A DNA stretch of 64,000 nt from Pocillopora damicornis (GCF_003704095.1 NW_020845647.1:620001-684000), one strand, 5' to 3'. Counted from the first letter of the stretch, positions 16,664 through 29,985 are shown. Notes: a model not told the origin generated them from the sequence alone. Numbers and translations are program-made.

Positions 16664-19600
16664 ATGGATGACTATGGAGAAGATGTTGGATGGGACGAAG
16701 CAGCTGTAGGTTGAGATTTTCTCTTTTCTGAATACCTCATTTAATATGTCCTACTTCACGATTAGGTAAGCTGGCTTGCTTATTGAACGTACATTTTCCT
16801 TTTTTTATTGTTTAGCTGAGTCCGTCCGATGAAAAAAGGGACAATGAAGTTGTTATACAAGAATGTATGCAAAACTTTGCCACAAAAGACTTTATCATGG
16901 AACCGGAAATTTTCAACAATATCAGGAGGTCAGCATCTATGAGGCTTAGATTGGTTATTTCGTTAAGACAAGGCTCAAAACAAACGAATTTTTTAAGCAA
17001 CACAGCTACGTTCGAAAATTGGTAGCTTATTCAGGGCTCAGTGTAAATGAGGAAAAGAGCTGGTGAGAGACAAACAGCAGTTGCGGTTGTTAGGGAAGTT
17101 GTTGCGGTATACTATTGTTTTTATTACTCTACTGCCCGCTCTCCATTTACAGTGGGAAAACAAGCTGGGAGCCTAGACCAGCCTTGAATATTAGAAAACA
17201 TGAGTTACATAACTCTGATAAATTGCAGCACTAAAAAGCTAGACTAAATGTTATGATAACATTACAAGTGGTATATTACTGCCAAAATTTATCCCCATTA
17301 TTTTCCTTTTTGGACAAGATTTGTCCATCACAGGTAACACCCCAGAATGTTGATATATTTCTCTGTTTATACTATATGGGAAGACAGGCACTATGCTAGT
17401 TGAGTGTCTTTTCTTAACAAGGTTAACCCTTATATTTTTGGTGATAAAGGCAGTGGGCCCAATGATAAAACTACATTGATATGTTACTATGTTTCCCTGG
17501 TTATACTCAATGGGAAGACAGGCACTCTACTAGTTAATTGTCTTGTCTTGACAAGGTCTACAGTAACTTCTTTGTTGATTAAGGCAGTGGGCCTTATGAT
17601 CAAGCCATGTTTCAGATGTCCAGGTCCTGGTATGTTGTCCATCTCTATTGTTCTCTATTGTGTTCTTAATGTGTAACTTGTAACTTCAAAAATAAATGTA
17701 AATATTATATTGTAGATATTACCAGACAGGAGGGATCCATGAAGAAATGGCAAAGATGTTATCTGAAAATTATACTGGAATTGCTCAGAGTACAAATCTC
17801 ATAGCTAACTGGTTGATTGTAACAGGTAAGGTAATTATATGATACTACAATGTTGTGTTGTGAGATCATGATTTGTCTTTGACTTTGCCATAATCACATA
17901 AAAGTGAAGTATACATTACTGCTTAACAATGATTTCCAAATATTCTCTGATTTTGTATTGCTACCATGTGAAACTAAACTGATAAACTTTCTAGAGTTTG
18001 AGAACCACTTGAGGTCCAAGTGAAACATGCTGTTCAAACAGGCATACTATTATTAATGGCATTTTACAAAGAATTTTAAAGTTTACATATTGAGGTTGTG
18101 TTGGCATCATCACACATGTCATTAATATTTACTAAGCCAGAGAACATTTCATTTCCCATGGTCTTTGATAAAAAAAATAGGATTGCTAACTTTAACTGTT
18201 ATTTTCACAGGAGCTAAAGTGACAGATGTTGAACAAATGGTTGAAAATCATCTGGAAACCCTAATTATCAAACACTTTGATCCAAAAAAGGCTGACTCAA
18301 TTTTTTCTGCAGAGGGAGAGGTAAGGAAAAAGCTAGCTGTAGAATACCTGTTTGATGCTCTTCATGGCAGAAAAATCCAAACCTCTTAGTCCATCACATT
18401 TACCACTTGGTTATGTTACTGGTGAAAATGGAATTCAGGTCGTAGAATTCACCTAGTGGATGTCCACTGAGAAATGTGACATTCAGTTTATTCATTTATT
18501 TGATTGGATGATGTTCCATTATATTGAATTTTCTCTTGTTCTGTTGGCAGACACCTTCCTGGCTAGAAGACATGATTGTTCACCAGACATGGCGTTCAAT
18601 GTTTTATAAGCTGGCAGAGCACTATCCTGACTGCCTGATGCTCAATTTTACTATCAAGGTTTGATAACTTTTTCATTTTCATCAAACTCAGTTTAAAAGT
18701 TTTTGTACTAAATTTTTTCTGTGCTGAACTATAAACAATTAGTGCTCTTTATCTCACCTATCTCTGTATTACAGTGTAGGGTAAAGTATATTGTTTGTTT
18801 TTGGAACTGTAAAGTATTATTTTTTATAAGTAAAATTAACGACACTGAGTATGTCAATGATGGAAGAAACAAACTATTAAAAAAAGACCAATCTCAATTG
18901 ATATTAATAAATTGGCCTCCTTTAGATGATGTGTATGGTAATAGAAAAAATTGGTGAAATTTACTTTCAGTCAAGATAAATTGCGATTTTGATTAAAAGT
19001 ATGATTAGTCCATTTAAAGCCACAGTACAAAATGAACATTTTTAGAAAAAACTATTTTCTCCTAGAAATATATCAAAGGGTTAAAACAAAACCCCTCAGA
19101 TTACTCTGGAGGTTGTTATCTACTGTTTGTTATATTAATAACTCTGTGTTCAGTCATTTTGAAACCATTTCTGCACAAATGAAAATTATCCTAAATTCAC
19201 TCACTGCCAATATCATGTCTTTTTGCAGCTGATTTCTGATGCAGGATATCAGGGTGAGATTAGAAGTGTCTCTACAGCCTGCCATCAAATTGAGGTGTTT
19301 TCCCGAGTGCTCAAGACTTCAGCTTGTTCTTTTCTGGAAGAAGGAGAAATGACAATGGAAAGCAACCTTCCAGAATTTTCTGTATGTTGAAATATAATTT
19401 CTGACTGGTTTTGTGAAACTTCATAGCCTTCAATACATGATGCTCTGTAGTTATAAATTTTGTATGGATTACTTTCCAGAGGATGGTATGTTATGGACAG
19501 CACACCTACCTGTATGCACAGTGCTTGTTAAATCACATCGCACAAAACACAGAAGGAGGATCAAAACTTCAAAGACTAGGTCAAGAGCTTCAAAATCGGG

Positions 19601-22600
19601 CAGTTCAAAGGTGATTTTAATCATTAAGGCTCAGTGTTAGGCTCAGTGTGGTTGATATAGGATGAGTGACGGAAAACATATCAACACTTTTTATCTCATC
19701 TCCACCAACTGAGAAGCTGGAACAGGTTTTGAGTTAACCCTTTAACCCCTAAGGGTGACTAGCATCTATTTTCTCCTTATATTATCAGCCCTGAATCAAA
19801 CATTCAAGGTCATGAGAATAATGGAAATGATCAATAAGTACAGGAGCTCTTGGTTGTTAAACAAAATCTCTTTGTCAGCACCTTAGGAAGTGTATAGAAA
19901 ACAGTATGGAGAATATAGATACTGATCTTAGGTTGTAAAGGGTTGATGTTTGCTGGTACCTCTCTTTTGTGTGGGAGATACAGTGGCCTAATGGTTAGAG
20001 TGCTGGACTCTAGGAGTATAAATGGATACCAGCAAATTATGAGGGAGCCAGATGAAATGCTGGGGGTGACCTTGTGAGGGACTGGTATCTCATCCCTGGG
20101 GCAGGGGAAAGTAGTAATAATACTCCTAGTTGCTTTGCGCTAAGGAAACCAGGATAAGTTCCAACTGCATGGGCCACTTGGCTGCAGACTTGATGTATCT
20201 ACCTCTCTTTTAATTTACCACTTACAGTTTACAATTTGAATTAATTTAGTCCTGTTTTTGGTGCTGTACTAAAAGTACTTTTTAATCTTTTTACAGTGGA
20301 CATGAAGTCACAGAGATCACTCTATCATTAAATGGTGCTGCAGCTTTTCCCAGAGCAAATTCTGCCCTCTCATCCATGTTAGGAAAAAATTCTCTTAATC
20401 CTGGAGATATCACTGTGGTAAGCTGACAGAGAAAAATAGCAGAGTATATGATAAAGGGCAATGATAATAGGTTTGATTTGAACACCTATATTAGTGTGTG
20501 TTTTATCATCAAGGCCTAGTTTTATTTTTTTTAACAAAAATTTTTACCATTTGGGAATTTTAGCATTTTTATCATCTTTGAGAGTTTTCTCACTTTGTAC
20601 ACTGTGGGTCAAATACTATTTATTTTTTAGCAATATCATGTTTTAATAAATTTGTTTATTGTTTTATCAGTCCTTATTTATCATTATTTTTATAATTGTT
20701 ATTATGATTATTAATTTGGGTTTCTTAAATTTGATCATGCACACTTTAATTTTTTTATCTTTCACTTAATTTTAGGTGATTTGATTGTAGTAATTTAATG
20801 TGGAGCTGTAGTTATTTAACACAGAGCTATGTGGAAAGTTTTCTTTGTCTGTAAATTAATTTGTTTATTCATTAACTTATTTATTCATATGTTTGATGTA
20901 TCCTCTTGTCTCTTTTACCTTGACACAGCTATACAAGTTATATAATAGTTCTCAGGCTCCTCCCTGTGCACTCATCAGAATTCCACAGTTTTTAGGTGAG
21001 GAAAAATTCATTTTCTTTATCATGTTTTCCTTCCTTGTTGAGTATATGCAATTCCAAGCAAGTAATTCTAAGACATTTGCAGTGGACAGAGGGGTAATGG
21101 AAAATGTTAGTTTGATCAGTTTTGTACAAGGATGGCTAAAGGTCACCAGTTCCAACAGCACTTATGGTTTAATTGATCATGGTCAGAAAATATACCACTT
21201 ATTGGAAATCATTTTAATGCTGGAATTTATATCAGTCTTTATGTGGTATGGTGGTGGAGGGTGTGAGGCTGGAAGAAACAGTGGTAACTGTACTATCTTG
21301 CAAGTGAGTGTAGTGCTATCAAGGGCTACAGCTCAGACGTACTTGGCCCAAAATGCATGCAATTTGCAAAGAAGCTGGCACCAAGTGGACTGACAGCTGG
21401 TGGGTTTTTTGCCATCTATCAGCTTCTAATGACAACTCACAGTCGCAGCTGAGCAGTGCAACAAAAGTGACTTATTGGTTTTACACAAATCAGAACATTT
21501 CATTATCCTAAAAAGCTTCACTTGACTTTGATGATGAAAACTTCCCTTCAAGTTGTCACAAATAATTGTCCTTTTCAGTGACAATCTAGTTATCACATAC
21601 TTGTGCAGCTGCTTGATATAAATTTGATTTCATACAATATTCCTTTTTTTCTAGAACTTCTTTTGGAAGCATTGTTCAAACCTGGACAGCACTTGAATCC
21701 AGAACACAAGTTTAAATATGTTTACCTGTTGGCATATGCTGCATCTGTCCATGAAACCTGGGTTGAGGTATTTCCATATTTCACTATTTTTCAGGGAATT
21801 TTTAAAGCATAGTGTTGAAACTAATCCAAGATAAAATTGATTTTGTTTTGCTATGCTGTTTGACCTCCTCCTGAGGCAATCTAAGAGCAAACACCATTGG
21901 TGAATGGTATTTTCTTTCACTGCATTTTCAGACAGATAACTTGGTTACACTTTGAATAAGCAGAGTAAATCTCCTTGAATGTAATTTCTTGCAAACCTGC
22001 TTCTTTAGCCTGAAATGGGAAAAAAATTTTGGTCACTAACTTTGTCAGTCATATCATTCCATTGAGGTTACAGCTACCTCATCACATAACAATAATTTGT
22101 TACATTTGTTTTTTTGTTTCTTTTTTCTTTTGATTTGTAGAGTGAGCGAACAATGCTTAATAGAGATGAGCTCAAAACAACTTCTCAGGCCCTGGATAAA
22201 ATTCACTCTCTGTGTGTACAGGAGACAAAGAAAGGCTCGCAGCTGCTCGCAGAAGTGGGTGTCCTGTTCCAATGTATCAGGTAGGAGCCCAACTATTTCC
22301 AGATTCCTGAGAGTAAGTTACACTTTAAAAACAAATTATCCTCATGCAGTGTTTTCTTGCTTCTGTAGGTTTCCTGTAGTTGCTATGGGTTTGTTAAAGT
22401 GGGTTGACTGCACCGTATGTGATCCATCATTCTTCAAGTTGCTCACAGACTCAACACCAGTCCACCTGGCTTTATTAGATGAGGTATGAGATAATCAGGT
22501 AGCTGCGAAACCAAGATAAACCTCTTACATTACCACGTGACTACTTCCCAGCCCCCGTTCACTTTCCTCCTTAATTTCAATCCTCTTTTCACGTGTCGTA

Positions 22601-25600
22601 GATCAGCTCCTGTCATGCTCTTCAACATCGCTTGGTTCTCAATGTACTGATCCGTTTGTTTGAGTCTCCAACGCCACTGGACACTTTAGTAGAGGTAGGA
22701 ATCATTCAATCGAAGTTATCTTTTTGCCAAATCATGAAGATACATGTACATCTGCACACATGCCAAGGTAACTGCACTTCCAGAGCTTATCCTGGTTACC
22801 GAAGCATAAAGCAACTAGTATATGGATTATTACTCCTCATTCATGATTGGAGTTCCCCTCTCGCCCTCTCCCCTTCCCCTGAGGCATTTCCTAGGGTTCC
22901 TTTGATGGTGCACTGGTGTCTTAGCGGATTTGGACCATTGTGGTTCAGTTTGGACCCCAAAAGAGAACAGAACAGTGGGGTCCAAATCCGCTGGGGTCCA
23001 AATCCGCTGGAGGTCCAAATCTGCTGTGCCACTAGCACTCATTTATACAGGGTTTCCACGTGTCCTGGAAAACCTGGAAAGTCCTGTCATTTTTATTTTG
23101 ACATTTTCCAGGACTCGAAGGTCTTGAAAAAAGACTGCAGGTTCTGGAAAGTCCTAGAAATGTGGCTAACTCGAGCAATAAAGATTTCAGAATTTACTTT
23201 ATAGGAAATATATGTAGAACGTAGGGAGAACTTATTTTGAAATCTTGGGAATGAAAGGCTGTGAGGTGAAATTTGGAGTCGTGGAAAAATTAATCTGCTT
23301 CCTGCAAAAGTCCTGGAAAAGTCCTTAAAGTTTGTTTTTGAATAAGGGTGCGAATCCTGTTTATACTTCTGGGTAGAGAGAGGCTGTTAGAGAAATATGT
23401 GTTACCCAAGGAAAAAATAACAAAATAACCCGGTTTGGACTCAAATAAAGAACTTCTGCACCGGATTCTAGCACAATAGCCATAAGGCTTAAACAGCCCC
23501 CACCACACCAATGTGCATGGCCATTTTTACAGTCGCCCTATGTAAACTTTGACCTGACCAATGTTATCCAAAAACTAACATATCTGTTGACTTCAATATA
23601 AATTTATGATGTTTAATATTTTGTGCATCCACTATATTCGAATTCTCATCATGAGAGACGTCACAACCATGTTGTCTTTCTGTATTTTAAAGCCAGCCTC
23701 TGAGACACTCGAGGGAAAGGAATCCTCGAACGTTTCATTTGCTCTTTTCTTTGGTTTGGCCGGCGGGAATTTGTAGCAGTCACACTGTTCTGGTCGTTGG
23801 TTTTAGTTTCAAACATGTATGGTGCTTTGCACTTTTTCGGCGTCTCCCTTGTTGGGTTTATACCCACAAAGTTTGGATTTGGACAGGACCCATCGACATT
23901 TGAAGGAAGCGCGAATGTTTCATTTTCTTGCTGACTGAGAAGTGGAGATGTGATCAGGGAGGAAGTCGAAAAGTCTGTCTTAGTTACTCCTTCTTCTGAA
24001 GCTGTTGCTGTGGTTGCACTGTCCGATGATGAAGCATAACGTGTTTGAGCAATGTTCGCAACTCGTACCAGTGATGAGACTCTTTTTGTTTCTGAATCAT
24101 TTGGATGTGATTTGCAGTTTACAAAATTACAGCAAAATCCTTTCACGTCTAATTGTAATCTTTCTTCCTTTTTGACCCCCGAGGTTACTTCAGTTTGAAA
24201 GGAGTTCGTTACCCATTTGTAGTTTTTCCCTTGTGGTGAATCTGTTGTTGTTGTTGTAGTTTTGGCAAGTTGTTGTTGCGCTCCTAGTTCGTGGTCTTTT
24301 TTCCCTTCCTCGAATAGCCCTTTTGAGTGAGATTGATTCACTGCATGCATTGTCATCCGAGGCATCTGTGTTTCGTTGTCTGCTGTTGCTATCACCGCAG
24401 TCAAATGCGACTTTTCCTCAGGTTTATTTGATTTACCATGTCTTGGATTGTTCAATCGTATTAATGCCTCTGCATTTCCCTTGCTCCTGTTAGAGGCTTC
24501 ATATTTCGTTTCTGTCATTTTTTCAGATAGCACTTCACGGTTCGTGCCAGTATTGCTTTCATTAAGAAAATTGTCGTCAAAGATTTTCCGTTTTCCCGAT
24601 TCCTGTTCGTTTTCTTTTCTTGTGCAAGGAAATCTTTGGTCGTTTGAATTTGCTTTTGATATTATTGCTTGGCTGTCATGAACGTCTGATTCAGTTTCGT
24701 TGTTCGAACAATTAATACGATAACTTGCAGTAGAACTTTGGTGCAGTATATCGTCGTCCGGTTTTGTGTCGTAGATGTTGTACTTTGTTATCCTCTGTTT
24801 TCTCGCCAACCCAGGCCTTTGCATGCATGATATCTCGTTCTCTTGTACCACCTTCTCTACGCTCTGTTTGTCTTTGTTTTTTCCTCGGCCTTCAACTGGC
24901 AGTGTTCCCTGGCATTCACTTGTTTTCTTGAAGTAACCAGGATAGTCCGTACTCTCTTCAGACCTGTAAAATTCTTTGTCTACAACGTAATCTATACTTT
25001 TTACAAGCGAATTAAAATCTTTGCCGTCAAAGCAATCTGTACTCTCTTCTAACCTACTAATTTCTCCTTCACTTCTCCGCTTGTTTTGCTGACACGAGGA
25101 GTTTGTTTCTTGAGGTAGCTGACATATTAATTGTGCTTTATCTGGAAGATAATTTTCTGCCAATTCCTGCTTAGTCCACTCCTCGCCTTCAAAATGTTTT
25201 TGCAATCCGTGAAGCAACAGGCAGCACAGTCCGTGTAAAGAACGAAGGACGAGATTCCACAAACAACAAATGAGATATTCAATGAAAGCATAAACGAGAA
25301 AAGGAGCTAAAAACGTAATTGCCACTGCAAGATCTGAAACGTTTTTTCTTCCGCTGGACCGATCCATGGGCTTTGAAAACTGAAGGTTTTTGATTGTGAC
25401 GTCAGTTAGTAAATTCCCGCGTGCTCTTCAGAGAAAGTGCAGTTGCACGTGGTGTTTGCGAAGCTGCATCGCGCGCGCATAAACGAGTGCTTTCTCTTTA
25501 TTGAGGCAATTAATTATAATCAATTTGAGTTAACTCCGCTCAACGATTGCTTCGCACTAACCAGGTCAGATCAAGGGAGGGCCATAGCGAAGAATGGGGC

Positions 25601-26455
25601 ATGAAAAAGCTGAGTCTTTGTATTCTAAATACTTTAGCCACTAAATGTAAGTTGACAAGGACTTACGCAAACTTGCCTAAAGTAACGCACACGTTCCTCA
25701 ATGCTCAGTAGTGTTCCTTGCTAGTGGAGAAATAAATATGATGATTTTCTTTTTCGATAATTACATTTTTCTTTTGTTGCTCGTTGTTTAAGCTTGAGTT
25801 CAAGAAAACAGTCCTGGATCGAATGATTCATCTCTTGAGCCGAGGATATGTTATACCCGTGATAAGCTACATTAACAGCTGTTTGGAAAAGCAGAACACG
25901 GATAACTCACTCATAAGACATTTCGTGACTGAGGTAAATAAAGGTACACTGAACTAAATCGCTAAGGCATGAAATCCTTACCAAATATGGGTGAGTTAAG
26001 TTGAAGTAATAACAACAGGTCTGTTCTTTAAAAGGCCTTTATTTATTTTTTTGTTTGTATTGAGAAGATTGCCCAAAACTCGTTGCAATATTTTTTTTTC
26101 TCTCACCAGGTTCTAGAAATGATTGCTCCTCCATACTCGACCGAGTTCGTCCAGCTTTTCCTTCCCATCGTCCGTAATGAGGAGATCACAGGGAGGCTGC
26201 GCAGTGCTGATCACTCTGATGACGTGTCGTTATTTTTAGGTGAGACGTTGTTATCAATTTTTTTACTCACATAGAAGCAGCCTTAACTTATCGCTGGATT
26301 AGAGCATTCTAGCTCAAGTGATCAAGTCTCCGATTAAACGTAAACCAAGGTTTTTAGCCGCGTTTTAAAGAACACTGACAGAAGCATGTCTAGCTGTGGT
26401 TTTATGTTATAATTTTTCACCTTCTTTCATAGGTCACTGTGCTCAGCAGGCTTAA
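16664..26455 (+). CDS. NELFCD: Negative elongation factor C/D (TH1-like), 16 exons
   Basis: Exons 16664-16705, 16816-16928, 17716-17825, 18211-18320, 18551-18658, 19229-19381, 19480-19610, 20297-20417, 20929-20995, 21655-21767, 22141-22280, 22369-22483, 22602-22694, 25793-25933, 26110-26239, 26433-26455. Motifs: [85 protein letters not shown]. Confidence 0.95.
17340..17605. repeat. Diverged ~130-bp tandem duplication in NELFCD intron 2
   Basis: TATAC...ATGGGAAGACAGGCACT...CTAGTT...TGTCTT...ACAAGGT...AAGGCAGTGGGCC occurs twice in tandem. Confidence 0.7.
19734..19946. mobile_element. TTAA-type MITE, second subfamily
   Basis: TTAACCCTTTAACCCCTAAG ... CTTAGGTTGTAAAGGGTTGA. Related copy at 28365-28570. 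Confidence 0.7.
19971..20192 (+). mobile_element. tRNA-derived SINE, internally deleted
   Basis: Box-A-like head CAGTGGCCTAATGGTTAGAGTGCTGGACT, followed by a SINE-like body and tail. Related fragments at about 22770-22830, 23360-23510 and 36860-37020. Confidence 0.55.
22915..23035. repeat. Small inverted-repeat element with internal GGTCCAAATCCGCTG repeats
   Basis: AGCGGATTTGGACC followed by three copies of its reverse complement. Confidence 0.55.
23048..23359. mobile_element. hAT-like MITE with apparent 6-bp TSD
   Basis: CAGGGTTTCCAC ... GTGCGAATCCTG flanked by TTTATA on both sides. Internal GTCCTGGAAAA repeats. Confidence 0.6.
23661..25367 (-). CDS. Uncharacterised intronless 568-aa protein nested antisense in NELFCD intron 13
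   Basis: 1707-bp stop-free ORF in AT-rich DNA, with Kozak-like GCCCATGG. Hydrophobic Cys-containing N-terminus, long polar disordered body and C-terminal SRIP motif. No family recognised. Confidence 0.75.
   Translation of the reverse strand: MDRSSGRKNVSDLAVAITFLAPFLVYAFIEYLICCLWNLVLRSLHGLCCLLLHGLQKHFEGEEWTKQELAENYLPDKAQLICQLPQETNSSCQQNKRRSEGEISRLEESTDCFDGKDFNSLVKSIDYVVDKEFYRSEESTDYPGYFKKTSECQGTLPVEGRGKNKDKQSVEKVVQENEISCMQRPGLARKQRITKYNIYDTKPDDDILHQSSTASYRINCSNNETESDVHDSQAIISKANSNDQRFPCTRKENEQESGKRKIFDDNFLNESNTGTNREVLSEKMTETKYEASNRSKGNAEALIRLNNPRHGKSNKPEEKSHLTAVIATADNETQMPRMTMHAVNQSHSKGLFEEGKKDHELGAQQQLAKTTTTTTDSPQGKNYKWVTNSFQTEVTSGVKKEERLQLDVKGFCCNFVNCKSHPNDSETKRVSSLVRVANIAQTRYASSSDSATTATASEEGVTKTDFSTSSLITSPLLSQQENETFALPSNVDGSCPNPNFVGINPTRETPKKCKAPYMFETKTNDQNSVTATNSRRPNQRKEQMKRSRIPFPRVSQRLALKYRKTTWL
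25397..25451. promoter_or_regulatory. CRE palindrome and E-box upstream of the nested ORF
   Basis: TGACGTCA at 25397-25404 (about 30 bp 5' of the ATG) and CACGTG at 25446-25451, in a CpG-rich patch. Confidence 0.45.
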
Positions 26456-27184
26456 GTCTCCGGTTCATTGGTGTCGATATTGTCGTGCAGATAAGAGACG
26501 TTGAACCAGCTCTGTCCACTTCACCCGGATTACACTAAAATGCGCTTAGGTTTACACTTAACTAAGCTGACCAGAGAGAGTTAGAGAAAGCTATGCTGTC
26601 TTTTGTGTATTTAAAACCAAATAGAAGACGTTAAATTTGTAAATAATAATGATAAAAAACATCAGTGCAAAACAAATGGATGTCTCCCTATCCTTGATTA
26701 GGGATTTCGAGAAAAAATTATGAAATAGCATGTATAGACAAAAAATAAAAATTTTATTTAGACAAAATTTGATCATTGTAGTCTTTGAATTGTTTTAGCG
26801 TGGAAGCCGGCTGAACCAGAAAATACATCTACAAGGAACTACGACCAAACGTTGGATGGCCAGCGTTTTTAGGAAGGAAGAGAAGTTGGTGTGACATGTG
26901 ACACAGTGATCTCTTGTCACGCAAGCGATCACAAAAATCGCTTTGACTAATTAAGTTTGATTACATTGTATTCACCCTGTTAAATTTTCTTTTCCACAAA
27001 GTCTCTAAACAGGTACGAGGTACCATTTGTATTTTTTTTTTAGCTTGATAGTCCACAGTCTACATGAGTTAAAGTTGACTCGTCTCCCACAGTCTCTTAT
27101 TTACTTCTTCTTTAATTTACCCCACCTATTTCTATATGGAAAATCTTTTTGGGGGATCTTTCAGATAAACGATCAATAACAAGG

Positions 27185-27416
27185 TCACACCACAACACCG
27201 GGAGCTACGTTCCCTACTCTTTGCGAGAATTGCGCCTCCTGCTGACCAGTACAGAGAGGTTGCACGAGACGGGGCCTTCCGCATGGCAGTCCGTTGCTTT
27301 TCAAAATAAGCTTACCAAGCGCTCGTTGTGTTTTGAGGACAGGAGATTGAAGTCGATTCCCGTGAACACCCGCGACCTTCAATGCGACAGACTCCAACTC
27401 CCTCTCAACATAAGCA
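27185..27416 (-). mobile_element. Degenerate SINE-like repeat
   Basis: CCACAACACCGGGAGCTACGTTCCCTACTCTTTGCGA...GAGACGGG...GAACACCCGCGACC resembles the reverse strand of a cnidarian tRNA-headed SINE. Recognised from memory, not searched. Confidence 0.45.
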
Positions 27417-28364
27417 GAAATAGTGATTGGGTACGAACGGGTTTAACTTTTCCGTGGTGGAAACAATTACTGAAACGAACTACATTTCCATGGGTAAGTA
27501 CTACTTTATTTATTTCGTTAATATTCTGTCATTCCTGGTAACGTGCAGTCCTGTGCGAGGTGAACGCGTTACTTTTTGTGACAACAAATCTGTAAATAAA
27601 TCAAAGGGAAAGGGTATTGAAAGTTTTTTTATCAGATGCAAAGTTAAGAGTTTCTTTTCAATTTTAACATTTTAGATTTTTGAAGTATGAAATGTTACAC
27701 GTGTGCTTTTGATTGTTCGATTCTAACCTCATAGCGTACGGAATCCAGTACTAGGCCGTCTACTGTATACAACAAACATATCTCGATATACGATATACGA
27801 TATGCTCTTTAAGTCTTTACCAAAAAACTAAGATCGATAGGAAATGTCTGCTTATCATTCACATGGATACAACTAGACAACATACCTTCAGCAGAGCTTA
27901 CATGCTTTCTTACAGTTGGCCTGGACCCAAGAGTGATAACTGCAGTAACTTGTCCAGTTTACACAGTTGGAATGGTTATCCACACACTCTGTTATATACA
28001 GAAATTCATATTATCTCCACTGGATTATCATTATAGCCATTTTGAAATAACTGATGGTGTTTTCAATGTTACTGGCTCGTAGCAGCGCAAATCGCACTAT
28101 TTTTTGCGCTAAATCGAATATATTTCCCGGCCAAAGGGAATGGAACACTGCAATAAAACATATAATTTCATTGGCTCTCAGCAGTGTGAATCATTCATGA
28201 ATATCACTATTTTAGCTTTAAATCGCATCTTTTCCCAGTGGTGCCTTCATTCACAAACCGGCTACTGGATCCGTACTTTACCAGTAATGGTCCAAATCTC
28301 GTAGTTGGTAATAAAATAAAGAAATTTCAAAATGATATAGTAACAAAGTTGCATCTTAAGTATT

Positions 28365-28570
28365 TTAATCCTTTAACCCCCAGGAGTGACTAGCATCTAA
28401 CTTCTTACAACATCACCCCTGAATCACACATTAAGGTGAGGAGAAAAAAGGAAATGATCAACTACTAAAGAAGCTCTTGCATGTTAAACAAATTCTCCAT
28501 CTCGGTATTTTAGGAATTTGATGCATGGAGAATAGAATTGAGAACTCGCCTGCTGATGTTAGGTTGTAAA
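28365..28570. mobile_element. TTAA-type MITE, right end truncated
   Basis: Aligns with 19734-19946. Confidence 0.65.
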
Positions 28571-28937
28571 CTATTTTACTTACGTGATCCTCCGTTTGCA
28601 GGTTTACCTGCAAGAAAATCATTTAAACCAATAATTACAACAAATAAATGTATCAACTAAAGGTCAGAATACCTCGAGTATTTTAGGAACAGTTTTTATT
28701 TATAGGTACTCCAATTTCTGATGCAAGCAGTTGATCTCTACAATATGAACAGAAGAAGCACACCGAAGTATATTGCCGTGTGCTTAAAATATATTGTTAC
28801 GAATTAAGTAACTGTGACAGATCCAGTAAACTGCAAACTTTAATCCTGCCGGTCAAATTCACATGACAAAGAAAACATGAGTTGAACCTGTGAGGATTTG
28901 AAACAAGGATCCTAGGGATTTCGTGGTGCAATCCACA

Positions 28938-29012
28938 GTGGCTCAGCGCTTGAGCATCACATTGTTAAAGCCGAACATCTGTGGTTCGAATCTTCGTGGT
29001 GGAATCAGATCT
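28938..29012 (+). mobile_element. tRNA-like SINE head remnant
   Basis: Box-A-like GTGGCTCAGCGCTT and box-B GGTTCGAATC, without a complete cloverleaf. Confidence 0.4.
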
Positions 29013-29102
29013 GATGTCTCCCTCATGTGCGTGTAAATATTAACCTTTAAGAAGAACCTCAGAGGACGGATATTTTTATTTTTAATGCACTTTGTACAAG
29101 TA

Positions 29103-29382
29103 TGTCCAATACTACGGCTTGATACAAGTCGTCAAAAGTATTCACGAGTCGTCTAATATATTCACAAGTCGTGTAATGTATTCACGAGTCGTTCGACCCG
29201 TACCCCTTACTAAGGAGACTAATAGTTTTTCACTATACACCACTGAGCCCTGATGGTGGTGCGTCGATTCGTACGAGTCGTACGATTCGTCGACCATGAA
29301 TATTCATTACGGAAACCATGGAAACGAAACGTGCGACTCGTGAATACATCAGACGACTTGTATCAAGCCGTGGTATTGGACA
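29103..29382. mobile_element. MITE with 31-bp TIR and internal TATTCACGAGTCGT repeats
   Basis: TGTCCAATACTACGGCTTGATACAAGTCGTC ... GACGACTTGTATCAAGCCGTGGTATTGGACA. Confidence 0.75.
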
Positions 29383-29519
29383 ACCCTCACTTTGTATGGA
29401 CTTGTGTAATAAGTAATATCCTACTGACGTTTGGTGACCAGAGAAGCACATGAAAACTCTTACTGTTCAGTGTACTTCTTACCGTAAAGGAACTGAATAG
29501 CGTCGATGTCATCCTTTTA

Positions 29520-29729
<210 letters not shown>

Positions 29730-29985
29730 TCAGCCGTCAAAGGGATAATAACATGTTCTTTCGGAGTTGCCACCATGAGTCTTACTTCCAAAGCTGAAAA
29801 AAGGGCAAGAAAGAGAGAAGTTGGAAAAGTTGTCATAGTTATGTGACAAAGAAAACTTAGCCAACCTATGAGGATCAGTATAAGAGTCTGCTCATCATTT
29901 GTCACCTTGAGAGGTAAGAGGACTTTTGCAACATTCTTATCATCCAACCTTCACTGGCAGTCAATTTCTATGGTCCCCCTTTGCA

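Noticed and set aside
21515-21585. Second hammerhead/Penelope-type tail (GACTTTGATGATG...GTTGTC)
   Set aside because: Both the CUGANGA and GAAA core elements are lost, so it is at most a decayed repeat.
27149-27541. 130-aa plus-strand ORF bounded by good AG and GTAAGT sites
   Set aside because: The core resembles a degenerate minus-strand SINE. The apparent next exon near 27917 is the reverse complement of the MMP-A ShKT exon.
28938-29012. tRNA gene
   Set aside because: Box A and B-like motifs are present, but the acceptor and anticodon stems do not pair. It fits a SINE head better.
29730-29732. In-frame TGA in MMP-A as selenocysteine or readthrough
   Set aside because: A second stop (TAA) lies in the same exon, the position is not a Cys site in the paralog, and no SECIS element was seen.
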